Assembly (NCBI GenBank): GCA_030704615.1
Contig: CM060731.1
Span: forward strand, 11,966,001 to 12,030,000
Reading direction: 5' to 3'
Length of the DNA stretch: 64,000 nucleotides
From: Takakia lepidozioides
Taxonomy: Eukaryota; Plantae; Bryophyta
Position numbers and translations under genes: made by a program. The number at the start of each line of letters is the position of its first letter. The first letter of the stretch is position 1. Positions 12,192 to 24,158 of this stretch are shown here, in pieces. The notes under the pieces are model-generated. The model saw only the letters and a program-made list of their open reading frames with translations, was not told the DNA's origin and did no database searches.

Positions 12192-13595
12192 TCACTGGCT
12201 ATCCAGCAATGAGTTTGCGGACCAGGGTTTCATGGAGGAGCATTCCAGATTGGACCCAGGGCTCGCACCGAGCATCGTGCAAAATTGTTTGAAGTACGTG
12301 ATGCGGGCTGCTGCCAGATCAGTGTTCTTGCCGCACTCGATGCCACCATTGATAATATTGATGGTAACCCCGAAACCGGGCAACCTACCAGCTGCACTGT
12401 CCGCACTGGACGGTTGCCAGTTTCCAACCATCACATCATGTATGGAGGGAATGACGCTGTTCCCACTGTTCCAGAACCAGAGGCTGGCCTTGAAGGATGT
12501 CACAGCATTTGTTGCCACCAAGTCTGGGGTGTTAAGAATACCCAGCTGCAAGGCGGCGTCGCAGACACCGTAATTGTAATTCCTGTTGACAAGAACCTTC
12601 GCCCCGTTCAGATCGCATTGCAAGTGTTCGCACCGTGACACATTAATCAGCTGTGATACACACCTCGCAGTACTAGTTTGAACAATTGATAGAATCTACA
12701 GCTCTTCTTAGCACTTTTAAAGGTCTTATATAAGGTTACCAGGAGAGTTGTAGAGGACCTCGCCCGTAGAACTTGTTCCCATTACAGGGATACTGTGTGT
12801 AGCTTGTGTCACAGTAATCATAACTTTGATCAATTTCTCTGATATATTGTAACCCTGCAAGCGTTAAGGAAAAACCCTCCCCAAGATGCACACGCGTTGT
12901 CAGAATGGATGCAACGAGCAATTTATCTTAACCTAGGGACAGGTCCAGAAGGCTCCATGATATGATCTCGACTGTCTATGAAACTGATTTAGTAGCAAAT
13001 GTCGTTTAGAAAACAATTGCTAAATAAGGGGAAGTGCTCTTACTTACGCTAGCTTCGTCGGAGTCTCTCTGCTAAACGTCAGGCCCATCTAGAGTGTTTA
13101 GAGGTCTACATTTTTAGTATCAGCAGCTACTCGAGCTCAGGAATTCCTTGGCAACAGGCATAAAAGTTTGGATTCAAAACGCGCAGGCTTACCAGCAGTT
13201 TCTTGCTGGACATGTGCAGCATATGCAGCAATCTCCCTCAATTGCACTGCAGAACTGCCAGTAGTTCCGAATTTTGGGAAGCTTTCTGCGGCTGTAATGA
13301 AAGCACTGTATGTGTAGAATTGGTTTCTATTGGGCCACAGTTTTGCAAACATATCGCTTGTAACAACACTTCCCAAACCACCACCGCCGCCGCCCCCCTG
13401 CCCCTCACAGGGACCATTTTGGCAGCCATCACCGCAGTACGCATTGGTTGTCCCACAGTAACCAAACTGGCTGCAGCAGTCGTTGGAATCGGGACAAGGT
13501 GAGCTTCCACTGCACTCACCCTGTGCTATCACATAGTTCACTAGGCTCAGCAATGCCAGCAACCCAAGGACGAACCAACGCACAGGCACTCCCAT
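12192..13595 (-). CDS. Secreted GH19 chitinase with N-terminal hevein (CBM18) domain, 3 exons (13193-13595, 12740-12854, 12192-12582), ~302 aa
   Basis: Signal peptide [24 protein letters not shown]; hevein [24 protein letters not shown]; Gly-rich linker; QET and IREI catalytic Glu positions; [15 protein letters not shown]; [15 protein letters not shown]. The short loops resemble class IV enzymes. Confidence 0.95.
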
Positions 13596-14291
13596 TGTCG
13601 TCCCTACACTCTTCCAGCTTCTTGGGCTTGCCCGGCATACACAATCCAACCTTGTCAGTAACGTAAGAGAGGCTATGGATGCCGTGAAATCTGATTGTAT
13701 ATATGTATATATATGGCCCGGAAACCCCACATCCGCTGGATGTTCAGTCTGGCAAAGAGTAGTGCCTGCGTTACTCAAACTAGAACACTAGGTGTGGGAC
13801 CAGCAGCAGCTTGGTGGCTAAGACTGGTACTTGACGACGACACTCTGCCCCAAGTGAAAGTCGCACTGGCCGCCACTCACGTCTTTCAAGAGATTTTGAT
13901 TCCCGCTGGTAATTGGGAGCAGTGACCTCATGGAGAATATTCGTAGGTATCGAAATTTCTAACTCGTAGTAAATGAGCGCGGCACGTTCGTGACGATGTG
14001 GACCTTTTCTTCTTTTTTTCGTTTTTCGGAAAAGGAGCCCCACAGCGGCCTTTTTACCTTTAACTTCCTACAAGGTGAATTTTTCCACTGGCAAAAACTA
14101 CCCTAGGTGGTTATTTTTTCCACCTGTTGTGTCACTTTTTATTTTAATTTGATTAAAAAGGCCCCTGTTCCCCTTTCTCTTTAAAAAAAAAAAAAAAAAA
14201 AGTACTATGGAAGTAAGGGGAGGCTACCCACCTACCAGCATTCATCCACAAAAATTCATGGTACACATACATACCTACCTAGCCTCTAATT

Positions 14292-14846
14292 GGGAGTTTA
14301 AAGCTCACATGTGAGCCGGGCAATGGCCCCATGCACAGATGTTGGGCGCCCTGTGACCACCCGGCTGGTCCGGGTCTGCTCAGGTCAGGTTTGCTCACAC
14401 ATGTAAGATCCGGTCTGCTCCAGGGTAGGATCTGCTCAGTGCTGGCAGGTCGGGTATGCTCGTCGCGCCGCAGCCCGCCCGCAGGACTTAGGATTTTTTG
14501 CGGGAAAACTCACCCATCAAAAAGAGGGTCATTAATTACACAAGTTGAACCCACAACCTCATAGATACCACTAATTGTGCCTAACCACCACACTACCAGC
14601 TACCTACTACTACCCAATATTTTTTTTATGTCTTAACCTAGAAAATAGCCGCAGTCAGCCCCAATGCTGCCTAGGGTCACCCTACCTCGCGGCAAACCCA
14701 CCGGGCTGAGTCTCGTGGCATACCATACATGGCGGCAGACCCATGCTCGTGGCAGACCCACCCGGGCCGGCGGCGGGGTCACCCAGGGCGCCCGACGTCC
14801 GTGCATGGGGGCCGCTGCCTCGCTCACACGTGAGCCTTAAACTCCC
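14292..14846. mobile_element. MITE with ~70-bp imperfect TIRs, GGG..CCC termini and 4-bp AATT flanking duplication
   Basis: aatt|gggagtttaaagctcacatgtgagc...gctcacacgtgagccttaaactccc|aatt. Contains an antisense tRNA-like box A/B fragment at ~14541-14597. Confidence 0.8.
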
Positions 14847-15800
14847 AATTATTCAACAATGAAAAGCCCTCTATACCATCTCCCCGAAATTTTCATCCTT
14901 GAGTTTGAGAGATTATATTGTTTTTTTTTTAGACATTTTTTTTTGTGTGTGTTTGAAAATATCATTTATTTGGTTTGATCAAGCATCTTAAAGGGCTTTT
15001 TGAATTTTCCAAAACAGCTACCCCAAATTTACGTAATGTATGGTACAAATGCAAAGTGCATGCCAAATTTCATATCAGACCAATATTTTACTACACAGGC
15101 TGCTTTGTTTTGGTGAGGGTTGACATATTGACCCCTCAAGCCCGAAGCATTACTCCCAAACATGTTGTCCCAAAAACCATAATTACACAAATCCCTCCGG
15201 TGAGGTGTCTTACAATACCCATAAGCACTAGGAAAATTTTCAAAAAGATCTAGCCGTGAAAACTGAATTTCAAATAGGTCGAGTAGCATCAAACAGTCAC
15301 TGGCATCCCTCAAGCAATACGCTTCAATGGCCCAATGAGGGGGGCCCACGTTTCAAGTCAACTCCCCTCCACCCAATAATTTCCTGACCCCTAAGAAAAA
15401 TTTGGAGGTCACATGCCTGCTCCAAATGGCATGCAAGAAATTGGAGTGGGTCACCTCATGCGCTATAAATGCTCAGAAGGAATGAATGTAGAAAAACTTC
15501 ATCTACAAAAGTTAGGATGGTCCATTCAAACAGCGCAACCTGAAACGCAACGTCCTGAAACGGGTCACATATGAAGTTAAGGGTTAATCAAATTAAGAAA
15601 GAGATGCAATATGAAAACATAACCCTGAGAACAACGGGGAACCCTATAAAGCACTGCCAAAAAAAATTGTTTGTACTTATCGTGCCGTTAAAAAGCAAAA
15701 CTCATCGGAATGCACCCATCAGCTTCCCTCGAGTGCATTCCGAAATGCAGAATGCACAAGCCATTAGATTTTTCTTAAAACAATTTGGCATTTCTTTACG

Positions 15801-15917
15801 TAGGGTAATGCCCCTCGTGTGGGGCATTCCCGGATTTTCGGGCCTTCCCGTGGAGCTACCGCCCTCGGCGTCATGCCCTTAAATCCGGGAATGCCCTTCA
15901 CTCAGGGCATTACCCTA
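15801..15917. mobile_element. 117-bp palindromic mini-MITE
   Basis: tagggtaatgccc..ggggcattcccggattt ... aaatccgggaatgccc..agggcattaccc ta. The ~36-bp inverted arms each carry an internal atgccc/gggcat hairpin. Confidence 0.7.
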
Positions 15918-16959
15918 TACATAACCAACAAGCAAGAAACTAATACCTAATAAGAGCCACGTCCTTCCGTGTGTACCCGGCCCAGGGAGCATAGGGACAA
16001 AAATGGCAAGGTCAGCTGAGCACTTCCATGTCCGAGGCGGGCCGGGAGCAAATCAGTACGTTTGTAGCGCGGATGGAGCTCGAGGGATGGTCCCTGTGAA
16101 CTGAATGCACTGAGTTCTGACTTGCATGTGTCGATTGTTGGCCCACCACTGCTACAGGCGGGTTTCCCTGCGAGGGTTAGCTTGGGGACGCCATGGATCG
16201 TCCCAATATGTTGGTCAATGTGGTAGAGCTAGTTCTCCACTGCAACCACCCTATAATTTTGGGTTGCGGGTAACTAGACATAACCAAAGGGTTAAGGTAG
16301 TTACACCCAAATGTGAGCATTTAAGCATTGGGGCCCACTCAAAGGGTGCAGATACAACGAAAATTGTAGGAGCAGATTAGCAATTCAACAATGAGTTTGT
16401 GATATCAATTGTAAAATTTTGGAATGAGTTGGCTAATTATTATGAATTATCAAAGTCTGCGTACACATCATCCCAAATCTGAGTAGTAGAGGGGGCTATA
16501 AAAGACAAAAGTTGATACTTAAAAAGATTGTGTATATGGCATGTCTTGCACGAGTTATGCATCTAAACTTAACTCCATTGACCAACTATCAGAGCCCATA
16601 AAGACACCTCAAAGCCTGGCCCACTAAAGCAAAAGGGGTATCCTATGGTGTTGAAACCAATTAAAGTGTCTGACATTAATGAGGCCTGGTCAGCCCAAAT
16701 TCAACTCCAAAATGTGTCAAACTGAAATCCGTCTCAATGAAAATGTGAGCAGGCAAATAGATAGTATAAATCTGCCCATGGTGTTGCTCACACCATGTCC
16801 TTCCCTAATCTGTCATTTTGTGCACCCAGGTATCTCCTCGATTGGCCGACAACAGCTCTCGTCCTCCCGCCATTTTCGTGGTCATCTTCTTCCATGTTGC
16901 TCCTCCTTCCCACCACCATGGTCCGCTGCTACAGACCTTTTACTCCATTGCAGGTGGTC

Positions 16960-19900
16960 CCACTCTTGATTGATGCGCCCATAGGGGAGAGATGAGGGTG
17001 AAACGGCTGTTGTCTTCACCACGCTGCTTGGCCCGGCGTTTGGCTATGGCCATTTTTTGATTATGCTTGCACACGGCTGTAGCCCACCCACAGAATGGGG
17101 GGACCCAAGCACCTGGTGGAGATGGAATGTTGTTTTTATGGCTGCATGTAGTTTATCCCCTGCCTCTGCACAGGCCTTCGCTGACCAGCGCATGCCGAAG
17201 GCTTTCTTGGCCTGACGTTCCTCAGCGCAGGCCCGCTTAGCCTCGGCTTGAGTGTTTTTTTTTGCTGCACGTTTGGTTTTGGCTCCAAGGGTGTCCTCTT
17301 TCTTCCGCTCACGAGCTTTAATGGCCTCCTCTTTTAGTCTAGCTTTTTGTTCCAAAGATGCTAAGTATACATCTAATGTCATGATTATTCACTTGCTATA
17401 GTCTATGATGGGATCGTTGGCATTCAATCTTACCCTCATGTTTGTATGTGCAGGTGCCTCTGGTAGCGTAAGGAAGCGCGAGATTGAGCTTGGCCTTGGC
17501 AGGGATGGCTGACCCACCACCAGCGAGGAGTCATCGTCGACCTCCATGGGCTCATGACTCGTCCCCACTGCCTCCTCTTCATCGTCATCGACGTCATTGG
17601 GCTGAACTTGGTCGTCCCCATCGTCAACCCACAAAAAGTAGTGGTGCTGGTCTTCGGTTGTATCCGACACACAAGTGCCCAATATCTCTTCCACGTGAAG
17701 CTTTGAAACCAGGCCTTCTTCCTCTAGTTCTGGAGTGGTAGAATGCATGGGGTCTGTGCAGGTCTGCTCTTCTATTTGGTTTGAGAAACACTCAGATGGG
17801 CCCATCTTTCCCACCATAGCTTCAGAATTGAGTGGCCAAATGTCTGTAGTCTTGAACCCCTTTGCAATGTGGTGGGGGGTTAGCCCCTTCTTCAAGGCAA
17901 AGTGAGACCCATTGGGCCAGATCTTCCTTGAGAGCTCCTCTCCTTTGTGAGCCATGGTCTATACATCTTTGTACTTCCGGAAAGCTGTCTTGAATGGCTT
18001 GAACACAGCCACATCAAGAGGCTAGAGTGCATGGGAAGTGTGGGAAGGAAGTGTAATCACGTCCAGTCCTACTGATCTAGCTTGTTTGACAACATCTATA
18101 GTGACATGCGAGTTATGACCATCCAAGATCAGCAAATGCCTATTTGTGACCGAGATCTCGTTGCCCATTGCCTTTGCTGACTCCAAGAAATGTGAGATCC
18201 ATTTGTGAAATAATATTGATGTCATCCATGCCTTCTTTTGCATTGCCATTGTAGCACTAGATTCTTACGACGAAATCTTTTACCTTTGAAAATGTAGAAG
18301 TTCGGAATATGACTTCTTGCAGCGTTCATGCAGGTGAGAACACTCAACCATTCGTGTTGATCTGGCGTTATCGAATGGACAGCTCTTGAACCAACCTTGG
18401 CAATTGAAGGAGAGATAAGCAGTTACCCACCACATTTTTATGAAGAAAGAGAAGGAGAAATGGAAATCCTAGATGAACCAGCCACTGTGAGTTTACAGGA
18501 TGAAGTGGTGACTGGTTGGACAATCACAGCTGATGAGCAGGTGAGAGAAGTGAATGTGGGAACTGAAGAGGAACCGAGGATGGTGAAGGTAGGAGCTGAT
18601 TTGGAGCCAGAATTCTTTGAGGAAGCTAAGAGTTTGTTCATCAAATACAGAGATGTATTTGCTTGGAGCTACGAGGATCTAAAAGGGATACCACCTGAGA
18701 TCTGTCAGCATAAGTTTGAATTGGAACCAGGGTCAGTACCAATCAAACAGGCAAGGTACACAATGAATCCCAACTATGCACAGAAGGTTGGAAAAGAGAT
18801 CAAGAAGTTGGCTGAGGCTAAGTTTATATACCCAATAGAGTATACAACTTGGTTGTCACCATTGTGATAGTTCCCAAGAAGAATGGTAAACTGAGAGTTT
18901 GTGTGAACTATAAGAAGTTGAATGCTTGCACGAAGAAAGATCCATTTCCCTTGCCATTCACAAAACCAGTATTTGACACTGTGGCAGGCCATGAGATGTA
19001 CTCATTCATGGATGGCTTCAATGGTTATAATCAAGTGCAAGTGGCAGAAGAAGACCAGGGAAAGACAGCTTTCATCACAGACTGGGGTGCTTATGCATAC
19101 AAAGTCATGCCTTTTGGACTTTGTAATGCACCAGCAACCTTTCAGAGAGTGATAAGTGAATCTTTTCATGAGTATCTAGATGATTTCATGCAGGTGTTCT
19201 TGGATGATTTCAGTGTGTACAGCTCTAAGAATGAGCACTTGCATAAATTGGAGTTATGTCTGGCCAGATGCAGAATGAGAGGTCTGGGCCTGAATCCAGA
19301 GAAGTGTACTTTCTATGTGAACTATGGGGCTGACAAGATCTGGAATTGCGACGAGTCAGGGCCCAAGCTTGGCAAAATGGAGGTACTGTGGTGGACATGA
19401 CAGTACTCTAAGAATCTCCCACCCATTGACGTGTTCATCTCTACACTAGTCTCTGTTTGTTGTACTTTTCTGTCAAATTAGCATAGAATGACATTTGAAC
19501 ATTTTCAGGACATAGTCCCTTGGCCCTTCCACTCTCAAGTCCTTGAGCTACTCTGAGACTTAGGTATGGATGTCTAGATCTGAACCATCTCACCCACCCC
19601 CAGCCAGGGATCCTTTGTGTGAAAGGTGTGAGCCGTTCTTGAGTAAGTTCTGCTACCTTGAGACGGAGTTGGGTCAGTGTCAATGGGTGACCAATATCTT
19701 GCATTTTTTCAATGTACTTCACTAGTTCATCCTCCTCCTTGGCATCTAGCGTTCCCTTGCTACCTCTCTTCCTTGTTATAATTCCATACCAATGGTTTCG
19801 TAGACTAGTTGCAGGTACCCCAAACATCCGTGCCGCAGATCTGATGTCGTCCCCACGATCAATAACTGCCATGGCTCCTTGGAGCTGCACATCAGTCCAG

Positions 19901-20290
19901 TTCCCGTTTTTATGTGGACGTGGTCCTCTTCTTGGTCGCCATCCCGTCCTAGCAGGAATGTCTTCATTACTCTCCACATTGAAATTAGCTAGATCTGATG
20001 GTCTTTTTGTTGCATGTGTAGTTATATCGATCATCACTTCAGGTGGAAACTCTTCTGTAGATCCATGACCAACTTGAAATTCAACATTGGAATCCTGCCC
20101 TTGGCCCCATTGATAATATTGATCACTCTCGTCTTCACTTTGACTGCCCTCATTTGCTGCATGTTCACAACGCTCATTGTATGCACGATCAGAGTCATTA
20201 GTCTGGCTGTCAATCTCTACTGTGTTGTCACCCTCATCAACTACCTCAGAGTTTGGCAGCAATCGGAAAGCTTGGCTTGGTCCATGGCTA
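16960..20290 (-). mobile_element. Degenerate pogo-family (Fot1/Tigger-like, DD35D) transposase, rearranged
   Basis: HTH_psq-like (WTDVQLQGAM..IRSAARMFGVPATSLR) and CENP-B HTH (EEDELVKY..WVRWFRSRHP) in 19441-20262. IWNCDESG is inverted at 19320-19393. Also EWLSVLTCMNA, AWMTS..F..W, and LLILDGHNSH...HAL*PLD with a Q>stop change. Element ends not located. Confidence 0.85.
18405..19319 (+). mobile_element. Ty3/gypsy (non-chromoviral, Athila/Tat-like) RT fragment embedded in the pogo transposase
   Basis: VFAWSYEDLKGI, W.SP.VIVPKKNGKLRVCV.YKKLN, MDGFNGYNQ, MPFGLCNAPATFQR, VFLDDFSV, LNPEKC. One frameshift near 18860; no LTRs. Confidence 0.9.
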
Positions 20291-22160
20291 CTGCAGCAAA
20301 CACACGTCTCGATCCTCTGATCTGAATCCTAGCAACTATCTTAAGTCTGCACTAAGCCTAAACTGATCCAGGAATCATCTCTAAGCTACGCAACCCCCTC
20401 ACGGATCGTGCACTGCAGTTAGCGAGATATGTGTATCGTAGTCATTCATAGTTTTCAGCGCGAGTTTCAAATGGCCCCCTATGAATTTCAAATGGGCAGC
20501 CTATGAATTTGAATGTGAGCAGCCGCCCAGCACTGAATGAAAATTACATCGCCGCAAATCTCACCCACTTGGGCCTTCATACAGTGTTAATTAAGTTAAG
20601 AACGTGTGTACACCAAAACCTCAGCTTTAGGGCAGTTGCATGATTGGGTGGATCAAAAGCGGCACATGTTGAGTCCACTGGAAGTCCATGATTTTTATTT
20701 TTTTATTTTTTGTTGAGTCTATTGCTTTCAGTTTATTTTTTAGAGATAGATAGTAGTATGCATCACATTTTTAGTAAAGAGTCCCTCCTCAAATATTGAA
20801 AACATTCTTTACTAGATATTTTAATCTTTAATTTGAAAAACCATTTAAACGTCAAAATCTAGAGTTTACAACCACTTGTCCATATACCACATGGCACCTC
20901 TAGATTATAGGTTTGTATGCCTTTTTAGTAAAAAACGACACCTCAAAAAACTCAAAACATAAGATGTTATGGACTAGAGCAAATCAACATGTTTTTTTGT
21001 GCAAAATAGTCCATAGCTCTCAATTCCTAAGATAACTAGTCCATATAAAAGTGGATTTGGGTTGGATTTAAAAGTGGCACCCCTAGTGTGATTTCCTTTG
21101 TGCCAGTATATGAATGTACATGATATTTTTTTTGTTCATAAGATTTTATGTGTAACATCTGCACTCCACAGTAATCAACTTTAAAAGTCCATGGCTCTTT
21201 GGTACATGATTGTTTTTGCAATCTAACAATTGGTACACATACCTATTGTACTTAGAAACCCTATACCATATAAATTTAGATGAAATATTGAGTTGTTGGA
21301 CAAATATGGGTAAAACCATGGGGAGAGGTCACTGCAGAAACTGCCATGTTACACAAATACTGAGACACCCAATCCTGCAAATACCCTTTATTAAGATGCA
21401 GCCCTAATCAAGTTACACATCGTATAATATTATGTACGCGTATGGTCACGTAACAAATCTACATGTAGAGGAGGATGCCCATAAGTGCATCCAATCTAGC
21501 CCATTGAATGCAGTGTCTCTATTTTAAGGGGTGTATGAACCCACTTTATGGCCCAAAAATAGGGGTCCATTTCAAGACCTGCTCATATTTGGGTGTAACT
21601 ACCTTAGACAACTCCACAAAATTCTCATTTCACATCCGAAATCCATATGGTTTAATCTCATCAATGCTGCAAGCACGTTCCAAAGGTCGCCCACCGGACC
21701 ACACTATACCCCCATGGCTGCTACCGTGTGTATGCTCCCTAGCAAGGCTATGCCCAGATGTTTTGCTAGTCTAGGGACTTCATGTACTGGCGTTGCCACC
21801 GACAAAACCACTTCCATCTCTCAAAATACATTTTTTGGAATTCGCATTCTGCCATGATCGAAATCCAGATCAATCAATTATGTACAAACACGAAAAATAT
21901 GACCCAATCATACATGCCCTCCGTCAGCGAGCTGGAACACGACACCTCTGACCATCATTACTGCGGTGTCAGGGGGGGTGCTTATACCCATAATATCCAA
22001 GGTTTGAAAGATAATCTCAACCTACCACCCAAATACACCACACCTCTACTACGAGCCTTACATTTCACGACTATTTAAACATCACTCACATCCCTAATCC
22101 TCAATAAACGTAAGATTGAAAGTGGCCAGCTAGCCACTGTGTGACAGGTTACGGTGCGAA

Positions 22161-22235
22161 TAGAGCGCACCCCCGAAAGGGGGCAGTAACTGCAAGGGGA
22201 AGAGGCTCTTATTTACGCTAGGTTCGGTTGGCGTC
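22161..22235 (+). repeat. Structured ~75-nt dispersed motif, copy A
   Basis: agagc-gca-ccccc GAAA ggggg-cagtaa-ct GCAA gg..gaag-ag-gctct-tattta-cgctagg TTCG gttggcg. Confidence 0.7.
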
Positions 22236-23487
22236 ATATAGGTATGGCAGAGCTATATTCTTGAGCAATATAGTAGTGACTATGTACCGCCGCCCACACT
22301 TCTTCATGCAGATTCAATGCTGATATATATACATAGATATATCATTATTTGTGATGCCATTAGTACGTATTAGGGACAAGCCGCTGGCAACTTTGGAGTC
22401 TGTAGGATAAGCTGCCTAACGAGCTGGGCGGTGCAAGCAAATATTGGAAAACAAATATCATCTCATGGGTGTAATTGTGAAACAAGCCAAAACAAGACAA
22501 TTTGACCCCCCAGATTTCACATACAAAGCAGCCTATCTGAAATTTTGAAATTTTGGTCTGATTTTTGTGGGAGGCAGTGGTTTAGGTGCCATATAATCAG
22601 ATTATGGAGGGCCTTTGTCTAGGAAGATTCAACTCGATACTGTAATTTTATGGTCAGACAATTTTTTGCATGCATTTTTTGAATATATTTACAAATTGGG
22701 GCATATTATTTTGTTATAATCTCCCAAATGCAATGGTCAATTTGCCTACAGTTTTTACATGACGTGTACATAGTAGATATCCACATAAGTGTAAGGTTCA
22801 TCCCCCTGGATGATTGGGGTAAGAAGTTCAAACACCCCCATCGATAAGTGTATATACTCTTTTTTAGCGGGCCCACCAAAAGTTAGCTCGTCCTTTAAGG
22901 GTTAAGTCACAAAAGTCAAATTGACTATTTATGCCCACTCATGCGCCCCTGCACCAACAGAGCGCATTTTGCTTTTTAATTTGCCTCTAAAACGGCATAA
23001 TCTGCCCCAAAACTCCTTAACGAAGACTAAAGAAGAGGGAACCAATAGCAATGTGAGCGGTCGGACGCTCCCAGTTCCCTTTTCTAAAAATTCTTCTTAA
23101 GAAAAAAAGAATACTTAATAAATTTATAAGGGCTTCTATCCCCTTTAATAAGTTTAAAAAATAAATAATGCAAGCGCTGGGCCTGATGCTCTGGCCTTGT
23201 CAAATTCTCCTCCCCACAACATAACTCTGAAAAAAAAAAAAACAAATTCTGAGGATACATTATGTAATTTCCGACCTCTTATATTGAGTCAGTGGCCAAA
23301 TTTCAGGTCAAGCGATTGAAATTCAAAGTAAATGCCACCGTTCAATGTGGGGACGAATTTTTGGGCTGTTAGAAAAGTAAAGTATTTTTCTCTTGGTTTT
23401 TCACACTTTGAATCACTATTAATTATAGTGGCCGTTGTCAAATCCTCCCCATTCCCTTTTATTTCGGAAAGGGTGTTACCCAATCCC

Positions 23488-23585
23488 AAGATGTAAGCCT
23501 TATGGCCTTCTGTTCTGGTTATTTTTTCCAGAACTCCTTTATTAGTAGGATTTAAAGGGCTTCCTCCCCTATTTTTAAAAAAAAA
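23488..23585 (+). repeat. Poly(A)-tailed dispersed repeat (LINE 3'-end-like); inverted copy at 27661-27784
   Basis: aagatgtaagccttatggccttctgt..ggttattttttccag..agggcttcctcccct..AAAA matches the reverse complement of 27690-27784. Confidence 0.6.
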
Positions 23586-23638
23586 TCGGACCCACTATTG
23601 TGTCTAATAATCAGTGAGAAGTTGGAGCCTAATTTTAG

Positions 23639-23854
23639 CGAAGGGACTACGCTTACCCAACGAGTTTATTTCGCCGTGCGAACTTGACAGCACGGACGTC
23701 CATGCGCCGGCCGGAGCCATGGACTGTCGGCGTCCACCGCGTCAAATCTCCGCCCCTCATCGAACCCTCCCCGCCCCACCGCACCGCTCTCCGGCTGGCC
23801 TCCTCACAAAAAACACGCTCGAAATAAACTCGTTGGGTAAGCATAATTTCTTTG
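23639..23854. mobile_element. Mutator-type MITE (216 bp, 9-bp TSD)
   Basis: TSD TAATTTTAG at 23630-23638 and 23855-23863. Perfect 23-bp inverted core gcttacccaacgagtttatttcg at 23651-23673 and 23820-23842; the outer TIRs differ only by transitions. Confidence 0.85.
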
Positions 23855-24158
23855 TAATTTTAGTGTATAGAGCAAGAATAAGTGTCATAATATCATCAGC
23901 CACCTCATCGTCATCATTTTTTGGATCTCCCCGGACCTTGAACATGATGAAGTATCTTGCTCCCCCCACACTAGTCTGTCTCATCAGTCCACATAAGTCA
24001 GTGTGCACGAAGTCTCCTGGTAGTACCGCTCTCTTTTGTGGGTCACTCCAAGGAAATGGGCTTCTGTGAATCTTACAATATGCACATCCCACACAACAAT
24101 CGTTATCCTTCTCTTCTAGGAGTCCGTGAACCATGCCAGTTGTCTCTTGAGCTCCTAT

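Noticed and set aside
13596-13778. N-terminal extension of the chitinase ORF
   Set aside because: It starts at a non-ATG codon and spans the TATA-like region; the signal peptide begins at ATG 13595.
18849-19400. Functional RT-transposase fusion protein
   Set aside because: The RT is frameshifted upstream and only the first catalytic Asp motif is fused; best explained as a rearrangement scar.
22161-22235. Hammerhead or twister ribozyme
   Set aside because: The CUGANGA/GAAA core is absent and I could not fit the twister consensus; kept as an unknown structured motif.
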